Assembly (NCBI GenBank): GCA_023231475.1
Contig: JALJEE010003220.1
Location: forward strand, 1-64,000
Source: Seison nebaliae
Lineage: Eukaryota
Reading direction: 5' to 3'
Length of the DNA: 64,000 bases
Shown here in pieces: positions 1-16,349 of this stretch (position 1 is its first letter; the number at the start of each line of letters is the position of its first letter). The position numbers and the translations under genes were made by a program. Below the pieces are notes generated by a model, which worked only from the letters and a program-made list of their open reading frames with translations, made no database searches and had not been told where the DNA came from.

Positions 1-1249
1 ACTTCTCATATTCCAGAATATTTAAGAGATGAAATCGTCATTGGAAGAAAACTTATCACTGATAACATGTACAGTAATCTATCTCATTTTCTTTTTAATT
101 TACCCCGAGGGGATTTGATTTTATAATAAATAAAATAAATAAAAATAATTATGTTATTAATTTTAGTTTATAATTATGTTAATAATTTCTTTTAGTTGTA
201 ATTCCAGTAAAGTTAGTGCTATATGCAGTACCGTTTTTCATTCACTTTCGAAAAACAACGAATAACTTCTTCTTTGTCATAATTAATAGATAGTTACTAG
301 ATTATATAACATATTATAAACCTAAATTTTAAATTTACTTCAAACTGTAAAAATACTCAGCTTTGTTATTGTGATAGTATGGGCATAAGGAGCTAATTTG
401 ACTCCCTACATACAACAAAAATACATGGCTCCGCTCTTTCGTGCCCATGACTGGTATATACATTTTAACTTACAATGTATTCATTGTTACTTACATTGTT
501 AATAAAATTCAAAGGACAGAGAAAAAAAATACACAGTTGATTTAACGGTAAAATTGATGTTTAGTTGATTTTCAGTCACATTCATGTTTATTTCTTATAA
601 AATCTAGGTTGTATGTAGAGTCTACATTGTAGACTAATATTCAACCTTAAACGATCGTTACTTGTTTTCAAATTTTGTACGGTAGGGCTATAGGGTAATT
701 TATAAATAAAAATAAAAATTCACGACATCTTGGTATTTGATTTTACTATCCAATTATTCATAATTTTTTTTTGTTTTTAAAAACAATTTGTATCTTCTAA
801 CGGATATATTCGGAAAAATTGGATTTTTTTTTCTCCTTCTATAATTAATCAATTCAATTTCAACTTCACAGCTAATATCTTTTGTCGGAACTTTCGACTA
901 CCATATTTATTCCTTTTCGTCATTTTTCTCGTTACTTAAAAAGATAATATTTATTTCTCATTAAAAAACTATTTCTACAACTCATTTTATCCAATACCCA
1001 TAATTTGTAAAATATTCTTCTTTTTAGTTTGACTTAATGTTGGATCAAGTTGAATTGTTGGGCTAACCAACAATAATTGTAAGAACTTTCTCGTTTTGAC
1101 CCAATATTTTATTTGGTATTCTGGTAGAGATCAGAAAATTAAGAATTTTTGTTTCAGATCCAAACAGAATAATAATAACAATGATAATAATTGATATAAT
1201 AACGATAAACAATTATCTCCATATCCATTTGTTTTTTTTTATTTAGGAT

Positions 1250-2070
1250 GAATCTCAGTCACATAAATCATAAGATTTGACACAATAAGACGGCCCCGTG
1301 GTATGTAAGGAGAGAGAATGTCGGGAACATAGTTATCGATTGAGAAATTGGATAATAAGGATTCAGCTAAGGTGTTGGGAACACCGTGGGAGGATTCATA
1401 ATAAGGATAATAAGGATTCAGTGGAATATCGTAGTAGTTGCAGAAAAAATTGATAGGAGTAATGAATTGTTGACACAGTTCGTAAGTCGGAGATCGGAAG
1501 TGAGATAGCTTTATGTAGATGATAGATTTATGTTTTGGATGAAAGCAATAAATCTTTTGCCTAATAATAGAGGAAGAGGAGGAAGCCCGGTAATCGAGAA
1601 CTGGAGGAAAGGCTGGAGAAAATGGACGATATCAGTCTAATAGGTTTCTTATACAGCGATTGTAAACATGGTCTAATGCGAGCATAGATTTTAATGAAAA
1701 TGACACTGAACATTGTAATCTATTCAAATCGCAACAGAATATTTTGAATAATTGAAATTTCCTCGAAAGAGGTAAATATTTGAAGCGATGAGGAAATAAG
1801 TGAAACAATCTGATGAACTTATTTCGAATATGCGGAAGAAGAGCTTTTCTTTTTGTTCTCAATAGAACAACCAACGAATATCAAGGTACAGTCGCATTTG
1901 TTGGTTGGGCAGTTTCTCGAGATTTTTGATTTGGAGTCATTGCAGGAAATGCCACATTTTGAGGGTTGACTCTTGATCGATTCGACCACCGTGTTCAAAT
2001 TCTTTAGATTATTGGTAATAGCAATCGTGTCATCAGCATATGAATAGACTGCATCTTTTCATCATCTTTT
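1250..2070 (-). mobile_element. Decayed non-LTR retrotransposon (LINE), RT core and C-terminal part
   Basis: Minus-strand translation near 1950-2060 gives KDAVYSYADDTIAITNNLKNL...KCGISCNDSKSKI (YADD catalytic motif). A downstream LFKIFCC segment (ORF 1632..1874) resembles LINE ORF2 C-termini. Frameshifted; boundaries approximate. Confidence 0.75.
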
Positions 2071-2899
2071 GCTACCCTGTAAGCATTTGAACGTCTTGAG
2101 AACGTTTTTTTGGTGTATATAAACGTTAAAAAAACGTTCAAATGCCAACAACGCTGATTCTGCAAGACTGTTAATGGAATTAAAGATCTAATAATCTATA
2201 AAAATTTTTCAATTTTTTCAGTTATAATTTTTTAATCCAATCGAATGATTTTTAAAAATATAAAAAAATATTTACATCATTATTACAAAAATTATTATGT
2301 TAGATGAATATGAACAAACATCAACAGACCGTGAAAATTTTAGAACTACAAATTGTACGCCAAATCATCAATTAATCGACGATCTATTACATAAATTGAA
2401 ATCATCAGACCTAAAACAGAAAAAAAAGTTTAATTATTTTTATTTCCTTCGTTTTTACAAACTGTGGAATTATTAAGTGAAATAAGTGAAATGTTGTAGA
2501 TGCAAACCTCTTAAGTTTAAAAAGCTTGTTTTAAGTAAAGAACTAATAAAACTATCGTTCTTATATTGCAAAAGTGCGGAATATGATATATGAGCAATAA
2601 AAAAAAATTTATTTCAATATAGTTAAGAAATCAAATAAATTTTATTATGCACTATGGAAAGAAGGTTTTTTTTATCGCATATAGACTAAAAACTGAATCC
2701 TATCATCTAATATTGAACGAAATTAAGTAAAAAAAGATTAATCTATTCTCTATTCATTATAAGAAAAATTTATTCAGAAAATATTCAGAAAAGCGATATA
2801 ATTCGATAAATAATACTTAAAAATTAAAAATTCAATTTGATGAGTATAAAAGGAGAACAAAATTAGAATATTTTCTTAGTCCAATATGGTAAAGAAACG

Positions 2900-3160
2900 T
2901 TCTCAATGGTAACCATTGAGCGGTTATCGAGAACTATTTCTGAACCTATTGTCCAGGTATATCTATGATATACTTGGGACTCAGTCTCCTCCAAAAACTG
3001 CTGAGTTGATCGACACCTGGTGGCAACATCCACCCAGTGGGCGGGGTAATTGGAGCCTCTGCATGACCTGTCAAGGGCATAATTTGTAATAATCGGTTCG
3101 GTCACTCATCTTCTGGGTCGAGGGAATAAGTTCACGACCCGAAGAAAGTGGACCGGAACA
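2900..3160 (+). ncRNA. Candidate structured RNA (snRNA-like, Sm-site-like motif plus 3' hairpin); identity and strand unproven
   Basis: GC-rich island with consecutive hairpins (2902-2920, 2955-2975, 2978-3007, 3014-3039, 3040-3072), then GCATAATTTGT (3077-3087), then a ~23-bp bulged hairpin (3096-3159). Pairings found by eye. Confidence 0.35.
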
Positions 3161-3399
3161 CAAGAAAGAAATGGAAAAAAGTTAAAATATTAATATTATT
3201 GAAGGATAAACTAATAAATCTTTTTCTATAGAAGGAAATGGAAAATTCGATCAAATTACTCAGTTTAATTCTCAGTTCTAAATCTTTATTTCATTTCATA
3301 ATTTTTAAATAAAATTTTATCATAAATTTTTTCTTATAGTGAATCTATTAGTTCTAACAATCTAATCTTTGTAAGTTATTAGAAAAATGTAACATCTCA

Positions 3400-4600
3400 A
3401 ATAAATTAATAGAAATCTGTCTCTCTTCGGGCAGTTCCAATATTTGGAAGTTGATCACCAGCATGGAAGCGTTCCTCTGCGTTTCTCCCTGTAAGCGAAT
3501 TATAGGGAGCAAGCATAGAGAATCGATGAATATCTGTTTAAGATGATCTTTTCGATTATTTTTGTCACTCCATTCGATATACCAATAGGACGAAAGATGT
3601 CGACACAATTGTAATCTTTCTTACCAGTCTTTGGAACTGGAATCACAAAATATGTGGAGAATAAAGAACGGTCGATTTCGTTAAGAAGAATTTTGTTGAT
3701 GTAATCCACCAGAAAGTGAGAAAAGTGTTCGACATACTGACCACGATGCCTAAGCACCAATTATCATATCAATGAGCTTTCTTCTCATCACACGACGAAA
3801 CAGCTGTGCGTAATTCCGATATTGGAATTCCGTATAATTGGAAAGTGATCCGAGAAGTGAAAATCCAAATAGTTTATTGAGCAGTTAACGACACGCTTTC
3901 CAATAGTCTTTGGAACTAAAAAATGATCGATCCAAGAATTACCATTCCCGTTGGAGAATGTGAATGAGTTGTCAATACAACATTCATGATCAACAATTTT
4001 GAACAAGTTCAAATCATAAATGGAAATGTACTTTTCTATCTCACTTATGGACAGATTAAAATCGCCTCCAAATATGAATCTAGGAAAAACGGGCCCAAGC
4101 ATGGTTTTTTTGAACAAAAAGGAAAATCGGGCCCACTTTTTTTCCCGCTTTTTTCCAAAAAGATAAAATCGCCATAATAAACGACGAGTTTATATTTTTC
4201 CGAAAAAATATAAGAAAATGCGGAGCTCCCAATTGGTATTGTCGGCATCATAAGAGATTAGCCAAATGTAAAGATATGATTTATCTTGATACCGACTTAA
4301 AAATTCAAAAAAGCAATCAAAAATACACCCACGGAGCAGAGAAAATAGAAGTCGAAAAGCTCGAAATGGAGAAAAATATTAGAGATGCGTCAACGACGGG
4401 AGAACCACCAAGGGCAATTCTGGTCCGAATAATCGCCACTGCACCACAAAATCTGGAAGAAAGTTTTGGGAGGATATCATCGATGAAGAGAACCAGTAGG
4501 TACAAGCAAGCGAAACAACATTATTTATAGCAAACATTAGACGTTTATATATATTATTACAATTTTTAATTTTCAAAAAAAGTCAATAATATCGATTAAG
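3400..4600 (-). mobile_element. Decayed LINE, AP-endonuclease and RT N-terminal part
   Basis: ORF 3788..4117 carries APE motifs GGDFN, SWIDHFLV and SDHFPI. ORF 3500..3760 carries RT domain 1-2 IPVPKTGKKDY...FRPIGISNGVTKIIEKIILNR. Stops, frameshifts and an internal deletion; boundaries approximate. Confidence 0.85.
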
Positions 4601-7600
4601 TGACTAACACGCTATAAGGACGGTTTTTGGAGAGCTTTCTCTGGAGAATTTTTTGTTTGTGGAAAATAAAATTTATTCTTATATATTCCTTTGTTTTTTA
4701 ATATCTGGTTCCCAAGAAACATTCAATGTATAAATTAGTTCGGAAATGTTCCCAGTTTTTTTATTTGTTAATTCCGTCCGTCATTTTCATCACCATCATA
4801 ATCACCATGTTATTTCTTATAGACATACGTATAAGTCCGAAATGACAAAATAAGTTAGCATAAGAATAAGATGACAACGCACAGAACCAGTAAATCAGAC
4901 ACCGATTTCATTTAGATAGATGTCAGATAATTTGGGATAATTTTATTTTTAATCTTCGAAATATATTTCTTCCGCATCTTGTTTACCATTTTCAGGAAAA
5001 TTATAATCCATAAAATATTTAAAAATGTCGATTGTATAACGATTTGGTCGACGTTATATAATCAAAAATTACTTTCGAATAATTAATGTGAAAAGTCTAA
5101 TGAGAATGTGAGGATTCAGAAGATATTGCATAACTCTCATAATTTTTATCGATACAATAATCATTGACTATTTATCAATGTGAGTGTAAATGGAATAAGA
5201 ACTCATCTAATTGGATTGATATAATGCAATTAATTGTTCGACGATATTGGACCAGATGATTGAAGTGGATACTTAATCATACACAGCTGTTCCATCTACA
5301 GTTGATGCCAAAGGAGAATGAGATTGGAGGAATGATGATAACTGGTTGATGTTGTCGAATCGTTTCTCGCCTTTGCCTATTATCGACGAATGGAAATATG
5401 TGAAGAAGTTTTGATCGGCAACACTACAATCTATCCCTTGACAAAGAGAAGAGAATTATGAAATTGACAGAACAAATAATCGGTGATTTCTATGAGAATT
5501 CCACCGTTTAAAAATTTGAAAAGAAGAAATTTCTTTAGAAACCTTTAACGTTTCTTCTTCCTTCTCTTTCCATTGTTGGAGATTGGAAGAAATTAAGAAA
5601 AATTCTACTGTTCACTCCATTTTTTCCTATTCACTCAATCATAAACGAAATATAGATACTATGTTAACTAATGAAAAGTTGGAGAACAATTGAAATTTAA
5701 TCAGCTTCGCAGCAGGTTCCAGGAATGTAATTCTGGTTCATTTCACTCTCCTCATAATGGAACAATTGACGAAATTGATGAACGTAGGTGAATTCGGGGA
5801 AAGTATTTGCGGAAAATTTTCATCAATTCCATTCCTGATGATTGAATGTTATTCGTTTGATGACGAACAATATTCCAACAACTTTTTCCAACTCCACAAT
5901 CTCTCTATCACTTTTCCGATATTTATGCGGAACTTTCACCCACTAACTACAACATTCTTCGTTTATTACCACAATCACTCGTTTCCTTCTTTCTTCAATA
6001 TCTAACACTCTCAATTCATTCAAGTAGATTGAACAAAATTGAAAAAAAAAATGTAAATCTAATAGATAATTGAACTAATTTGGTTTATTCTGCAAATTCT
6101 GTTATTGAATTACCCAGATTTGTTGATATGCGAAGATAGTGAATAAACGTAGAAATCGAATGACGTGAAAAATGAAAATATTAAGTGAATTCACACACGT
6201 AGCATTGCATGACGGTAAGACGCGTGACTAATTTTCATGTAGCAGTTGGAAGTAATAAACATCCCGACAAATGTAATGTGATGACGCAACCTTTCTTTCC
6301 ACCAAACATTTGTTGCTTGACGAAATCTTTCTTCTAATTTCGAATTAAAAGAAGAAAATATTTTGAAAAAGGATGTTGAGATTCTTTGTAACGGAAGACG
6401 AAATTGAGATTAGTTCTCCGACTTTCCAACTTCTTCCTACTATTAGTTAGAGTGAAAGTTCTTAAAATAATTTTCATGAATTGGGTGTGAATGTGTTAAT
6501 AAGTATTGTTCATGTTTCTGATTAATTCAATTGTTTATTATCTGCATTCACTTCTTTTCCACGACAGTTAATTGATGTTGAAAACCTAATAATTATTCAG
6601 AATGAATATTCGATCTACCTTTGCACTACATCGGTCCGATTCTTCGTGATAATTAGTATCATAACAAGAATATTTTCATTAAGTCAAGTACATTTTGTTT
6701 TTAAACAAAAAAATGTCGCTCGAATTGAAGAGGAGAATTACAGTATTTTCCTAAAGATAATTTCTCTAAATTCCATTCGAGGATAATTATCTTGATGTCA
6801 GATGGATAATGATACAGATCAAATGGATAAAGTTAAATGTCCACATCTGTAAATGATGGATCTGGAACATTATGTTGTCATTTTTCTTATTAACTTCATC
6901 GAGAAAGATGAAGGAGGAATGTTCAATATATATAATGTATGGCTTAGGAAGAAGAAAATCAACCAGATGAATATGGAGATGTTTGTTGATTTTAAAAGAA
7001 AAACATTCACCGAGAAATGAGAGAAATGAATAAGAATTGATAGATTTCCATTTATTATGATAGATGATTTGTATTTCCTTCTGTTATTCTTACCTATCTC
7101 CCAATTGTTTATTTGTTCTGTTTCGTCGTTCAATTCTTGTTAGTTTTATTTATCGCTAGGAAATTTCTAAATACTTCTGCTTTCAACCATATACAATCAC
7201 AGGAAATTAACTCTCATCATCATTCTCTCCGCAAATACTATTCTATTTCGTTCGTCATCCAACAATATTTCCAATACAATTACATTGATCGTCGGGAATT
7301 CGTCTGCATATCTTACTAATTAGCACCATTTCAAATTGGTAAACAAAACGGGAAAGTTAAATAAAGAGATCGACGAAGAGAATCAATGATCCATTCGAGA
7401 GATTATTGGAACATGGAAATTTCCTGTGCACAAAATATGCACAGAATTGTAATAAAGAAATTCGATCTGCCTTTTACACGTCCCTATCACTCGACTTTCC
7501 ATCCATCTTCCCGACAATGTTACCTTTCTTTTCGGGAAAGAATTAAGTTTCGTTTTTTTTATCAGAAAATCGAATGAAGAATTATTAGCAGTTTGTAGAA

Positions 7601-10100
7601 TGCGTAGTTTTTTGCCTATGTAAATTTATTAACTAATCGATTGATTGGAATGATATGGAAGATGATCAGTAATCAATGTATATTTAGAAGGAAAAGAAAA
7701 TAGAGATAGAAGTTATGGAAATATTTATGGAAATTGAACAAAGAAAACGATTCATATCAGCTAATTGTATTGATTAATGAGCGCCGACTACCTACTGTGA
7801 AATTGTTCTTTTTATTCCATCTCATAATAATTACAACAATAACACTGTATCAGACAGACAATAATAACAAGAATAACAATCAAAATGGAAGATCGTTCCA
7901 TTTTCCTTCTTCACAATTTCCATGGGACGAAAATTAAAAGACGATTGTGGTTTCTTCTCATATGTCTCTCCTCTTCCCAACACCAACTCATATTCATTCG
8001 AATTTACTTTAAGATAATTGTTTTATAGTTTAAGAAATGCCATTGTTTTTTCTCAGCGAATTAAAGAGAAAGTTTCTTATGGAGGACACATCGAATCATT
8101 CCAATCGACTGGTAAGTCGTATTAACATTTCTGAAGGGAAAACTTTTGATTTGTTGAAGATTCACTAAGGAGGAGAGGTAATAAGAGGAATAAGCTGTTT
8201 GTGACAAGAGATTGTTGTCGAAGAATATGTTGAAAGAAAAGGAATCTGTTCGACGAAAAAAATAATTAGAACATTTCATCTTCATGCAATTGCATCCATC
8301 AGAAAAAAAAATGAAGTCGAAGTAGCAGCTTCATTCAACTTCAAATTGGCTTCATGTCGATTTAAATTATCCATTCGGTCCAATCAGAAAAGACTTCAAA
8401 TTCTAATTGATTTGGTGTCGATTATCTAAGGAGAATGAAGGGACATCTCTTCTCTCGGAACATTTCGTTGAAAATGTTTTTATTCATTTTCTTTCGAAAA
8501 TTCCATAAGACAATTGTCTCACATATAAATTCTGTCCCAATAACTATATGATTGGATGGCATAATCGGTTGATGATGTCTCATATTTCCATTGTCTCATG
8601 CCCGCTACAAATCAAGTAAAATGTAGTTATTTGAAAGTTTCTCTTAAACGTCTAATTGGAATTCGTAAGTGGGCGGGGGGAGAATATTGATGGAAAGAAG
8701 TTTCTTTTTCCATTTCTCTCTTCTCCATTCGATTAACTGATGGTAGTAGAACAATGAACTTCACGAATGTCGAATCGAATTGACAATTCGAGGATTGAGT
8801 GTTCACCCATCAATTTTCATGAATCTTGTGAATTTTCACCTAATTCGACTAGAATAAAAATCCATTGGAAAAAGAATGATGGAACAATATTAATGTTGGT
8901 GGAAGAGGTGAAGAATAAAATGGAAGAAAGAAAGACAGATAATAAACATTAAGAATATCATTTTGTCGATGTAAGTAATTATTAATTTCATCATTCAATT
9001 CGATAAGTAAAGTCATCGATTCGTTTCCATTCTGAAAAGAATTCTTTATATATTTCCCAATTTATTGTTCATCATCTCTATTATTGGTAATAAATGGGGA
9101 GATATCTCTTGATAAATGAACATCATTTTAATGTCTTATTTCCGTTTATATGTTATGGTGTTTGTCGATTCATTAAACGAATGTATCCGGTCCGACGTCG
9201 TTTTATGTATCAATTCCACTATTCTGCTTGTCATCCCATCACATTTCCTTCCCATCTTTTCTCATTTTACTGCCATTCAGTTCAGTTAAGAAAATTCGTT
9301 TTCGTACGAAACGACAATCGTATTACTGGCCGCTATCATTCCAAGAATTTATCAGAAGAGACAGATGAATGAATAATTTGAGTGAAGTGTCCGTTCCGTT
9401 TGAAGACGGTGCATAAAATCGATGTTGAAGTGAAATTTATATAGAACATAACTGTCGAACGGTTCAAATGGGAAGAATAATGTGGAGGGGGAAAGTTGTA
9501 GTAGAAAGATTGAAGAGAACCATCCTGATGGTAACAGATCATTTACATTTTAGTAAATGATGATCTTGTCTGGTCCATTTCGAACAATGTTGATTGGATC
9601 TACATCAATTGGTGAAGTAATCATTAATCCGTTTCGATCATTATTAGAAATATTTTCGTTTTATATTTACCTTCCATCACTTGTACCATCATCCTCATGT
9701 ACTGGGAATGGAATGATTGGAATCGACTAATTCTATTAAAATTTCAAATGAACAATGTTCAGTCATTTTCCAATCATCGAAAATTTCATGGACTAATTAG
9801 TTAATTCTGAATGTCTTTTTTACGTACGGAACTAATTTATTGATTGTGTCATCCAATTCCTCCAATTCCATTCCACCAAATATCAGATCGATATATATAG
9901 ACGATTAATGGAAATTTAATTTAATCAAAATTTTTTTTCTTCTTTCCTTTACATCAACAAGATTGTTCATTAAATCCTTTCCAAACATCGTTCATCAATT
10001 CCATAAAATTTTTTCTTTGCGGGAAATTAATTTTTCCTCAGTGTTCCTCTAGTGTGAAGAAGTAGAATTTCAAGTTTCCCTAGTGATTAACGAAGGAAGA

Positions 10101-12445
<2,345 letters not shown>

Positions 12446-13231
12446 TTCAATTGACTTCTCAACAATTGTTCAATTTAATGTAATCATCAATTCAACCGGT
12501 CGCTCTTTCCTTCTTGATGCTCATTTTCTCAATTTCACTTATTTCATTATTTATATTTGTTAAAAACAACAACATCATCATCATCATCATCATAAGAAAA
12601 GTCAGATCTAACGAAAAATAAATAAATTCAAGAAAGCGCGAATGGCAGATTGATATGGGAGGAGGAATTATTTCTTAGGAATTATGTGGAATATTCGATT
12701 ATTATTTCAGACTCTTCAAGCATCATTTCCCTCCCATACCATCGTATCATTAACATCTCATCAATATTTTTATATGGAATTCATTTAACCAATTCAAATA
12801 TATTGTTCAGATATCTTCAAAATCATTTATTTCTCATACGCTGCCATATTATTTATTGTCCTCTCCGAACATTTAATTATTCATCTTCTTTTCATTCGTT
12901 CTTTTCATTCTTATTCGTTCACATCTCTCCAATCTTCTCCCATCATTCTCTTGGGAAGATGAAAATTTCCGATTCTCATTTTATATATTTCTACTTGATC
13001 TCATCAATAAATTTCTATTTCTATTTCTTCTTTCAACTCTCCATCTGTCCCAATACTAAAACATTAACTCACTTAATAGATGGCACTGAAAGGCAATTCT
13101 CGTTTTCCTTTTAGAACATTTGGTTTTTATGGCATTTATGTTCCTCATACTAATATTTTTCATGGGAAGACTATGTCAATTCTCATCGAGACCTTATTCC
13201 TCTCACTAATAACATTACTCTTACTAAAATA

Positions 13232-14137
13232 ATGAAAATGAATTTCAATATTCATTATTGGTTGATTTCATTGATAATATTCGCAAAAGTCCAATGTCAA
13301 AATCGTTAAAATTTCTCTCAAAAGTACCTTTCTGTAAAGTTCGATTCATTCTCATTTCCAGCATGTGCCAACAAACCTTGTAAAAATAACGGACTTTGTT
13401 TGAGTTTTGGTAGTTTTCGTTTTAGTTCAGATGAATTTAATTGTTTCTGTCGTTCCGGCTTCACTGGTAAAAGATGTGAAACGAAAATTGGACAGAAAAA
13501 AACATGTGGTTTCCGCTGGATTTCGGATAACCAGAAATGTTGTCAGCCGTTCAGTACTATTGTCTCCAAAAATGAAGAATGTCCAATGGAGAAATGTGGA
13601 AATCAATGGATTTCCCTAAACCGTAATCATTGTTGTAATGGAAAAGCCCAATCAGTTTTTTTACCTTGTACAAAAACCACCAGACGAACAACCGAAACTC
13701 GAACAACTCGAACAACTCGAACAACTTGGTCGACGACTACTCAAAATAGATGGACTACTGAAACTCGTACAACAACCGATTGGTGGAGATGGTTAGATGA
13801 AAGGACTACATTCTTTCATACTACGACAACAATGTCCACCTCCACACCAACTACATCAACGGAAACAACAACGGAAACAACAACGGAAACCACAACGAAA
13901 ACAACAACCACGGTCATTATAACTCGTATTGATATTTGTAATGGAGTAGCATTCCGAACATCCGAAGACAAATGTTGTTCTGGCTTAAGCATTCATACAA
14001 AAAGTGAAAACTGTCCTTCCACGGACAATTTCCAAGTTTGCAACGGGTTATTTTACTCCGAATCAAGTCATCGATGCTGTGACAAATTGTTAATCTTTCC
14101 TAGAGTTAAAGGCAATTGTCCACGTCTCGATCTCTAA
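13232..14137 (+). CDS. Secreted protein: signal peptide, EGF domain, galaxin-like Cys-Cys repeats and Thr-rich mucin linker; 2 exons
   Basis: Signal-like N-terminus MKMNFNIHYWLISLIIFAKVQC. Intron 13305-13361 (GTT..CAG) joins it to NPCANKPCKNNGLC...CFCRSGFTGKRCE (EGF). Four C[G/N]x7-9CC units flank a TTTETTTETTT stretch. Confidence 0.8.
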
Positions 14138-14382
14138 ACTTCCTCATAAATTTGGATGATTTAAATAAACTACAATTTCGCTCCATATTTTTTAAAATCC
14201 ATATTCTCACACACTGAAAATTCATATCGCTTCATGGCAAATTTCTATTTTATTGTTCATGTATGCAAGTAGGAAGATAATGTGACCAATATTAAATACG
14301 AGTAAAAATAAAAATAAAGAATATTTTATTTAGAAAAAATATCTTATTAAATTATTGGACAAATAATATATATATATATATA

Positions 14383-14466
14383 TATAGAAAATGGTAAACG
14401 ATAAATTAAAATATTATTACCCCTTATAGAAAATGATAAAAGATAAATTAAAATATTATTATCCTT
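14383..14466. repeat. Two-copy 42-bp tandem duplication next to an (AT)n run
   Basis: tatagaaaatg[g/a]taaa[c/a]gataaattaaaatattatta... at 14383 and 14425. Confidence 0.8.
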
Positions 14467-14499
14467 TATAAAATATCGTGCAATAGCAGCCTGAGCAAA

Positions 14500-15750
14500 T
14501 GTATAATAGATTTGATAGATATACAACGATCCATTATAATATCTTAATTTCCAAAGAGTTTCCATTCCAATTTTGATATTCATCGCGTCTATAAATCTTA
14601 ACAAATCAACAACGTTTGATTAAGGATTCTATGTATGGGATTGAAATTTCGGGCATTGTCGTGCCCTATCGTACCATCCGATATCCATAGGCTTTATTCA
14701 CTTGAATGGATAACAAGCCCCTTATAAAACAAACTTAGAATTTCACCCTTATATTAACTTTGGTAGAAATTTCCCCATAAAAATTGTTCCCAATGATGAA
14801 ATGTATAAAATACTCAGAGCCCATTTTGTACGCAGAAGATTTAACCAATTTTCCCAAAAAAATCTATTCAATCTATAATCTGTGTTATAATTTTGATAAC
14901 CCTGAGAAATTACTATATATGTCAAATCCAATTTGAGATTATGCGTGCGAATCAAGGGTGCTCAGTCATTCTAGATATGCGAAGAACAAATCTTCCCAGG
15001 GGGAAGGCAAAGAACTTTTTAACTATTATTCTTTTTGATGTTCTTCACATGCCTTTTAAACATCGTCATGCTTCTCCATCCGATTATGAGAACAGACGGA
15101 TCAATACAATCTATATTTTCCTTTCTAGAAATGAAGAGTCGTCTTAAACCATGATATCCTTTCTTGTTGCTTCTTGACATCCACAACGTCTCCAGGCTTT
15201 CATTAAATATGTATCGAGGACGAACCATTTTCGTGCTCTGTTACCCAAATTATATACTATTATATACTATATAGATATAAATATCCCCTTTGAATATAAT
15301 ATTTCCATCCAATTCTCTATTATTTTCACATTTTACTTGTCAACTTTGTGAAGGGTCGATAAGAGAACTTCGTCTAGATAAATATCGTTTCTATCAGCAG
15401 GGCAGAAGAAACTTGGCAATTGTCGTATCGACTAGGAGGAAGAGGGTATCCAGAAAACCCAATAGAATATCCATTCCATATAGTTATTTTAACCCTTATA
15501 AAGTTGAGTAGATCCTTAACCGAATCCGAATATATTATTTCGTATAATTTAGTTAACCTATATATGGAACCACCGGAATGAGAGAAGTGAATTCCATAGA
15601 ATACTCCACAAATGTATTTTCCATATAATCAATGGCTGAAGAACTTTCCTTCAGTTCATTGACAGACCATTAAAATCTCCCGATTGATTATACATTCTTC
15701 ATATTATTCTCATATAATCCCCATATGACGGCCCTTTATAGAAGTACAAA
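14500..15750 (-). mobile_element. Heavily decayed transposon-like sequence, possibly LTR-retrotransposon integrase
   Basis: Broken minus-strand frames with weak integrase-like snippets (WRRCGCQ, HDNARNF). Many stops and no intact domain. Confidence 0.25.
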
Positions 15751-16349
15751 CTTTCGTTTGTTCTATTTGATGCAATCCATATGTTATTCGTTTTTTTTCT
15801 CCAGGGTAAAAGTATATCATACATATATCAATAATCAAAGATATAACGACAATCATAATCTTTGTACTCTTTATTGAACGAGAAAGATACAAAGAAAAGA
15901 TATTCACAAATAAATTCTTCTAAAACGTTTATGTTGCTGCTGCTGCTGCTCATGCTACTGTTGTTGTTAAAAATTTTGAAATATCATGTAATGTCAAAAA
16001 AGTTTCATATTTCTCAATTTCAGATACATTCGAACTATTCAGTAAACAAAAAAATGGCTTTTTAAATTGAATTTTTATAATTAAAATATTTATTTTTATT
16101 TCCTTTTATTTATGGATATATTTTATAGTTTTATTATTTTTTTCTCTCGAGAGCTTTCAATTTAGACGATTGATTTATACGAATCTTGAATGGAAATGAA
16201 TTGTTTTAGCTTGATTCGTCAATCAGCCGAAAAACTATCATCCATTCAATAATAGATAATTCCTAGATAATTCTCATGATAAGTGCAAGAATAAATAATT
16301 GATATTATATGTGAAAAAGGAGATTGTTGGTAGCATCGTCAGAGGGATA

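Noticed and set aside
2975..3060. HDV-like or twister ribozyme (CTCCTC, GGCAAC, GTCCCAAG snippets)
   Set aside because: The required pseudoknot pairings could not be assembled by eye; kept only as an alternative for the structured island.
12650..13114. 154-aa hydrophobic ORF between zic and the EGF gene
   Set aside because: No ATG at the start, F/I/S-rich composition expected from T-rich intergenic DNA, and no motif.
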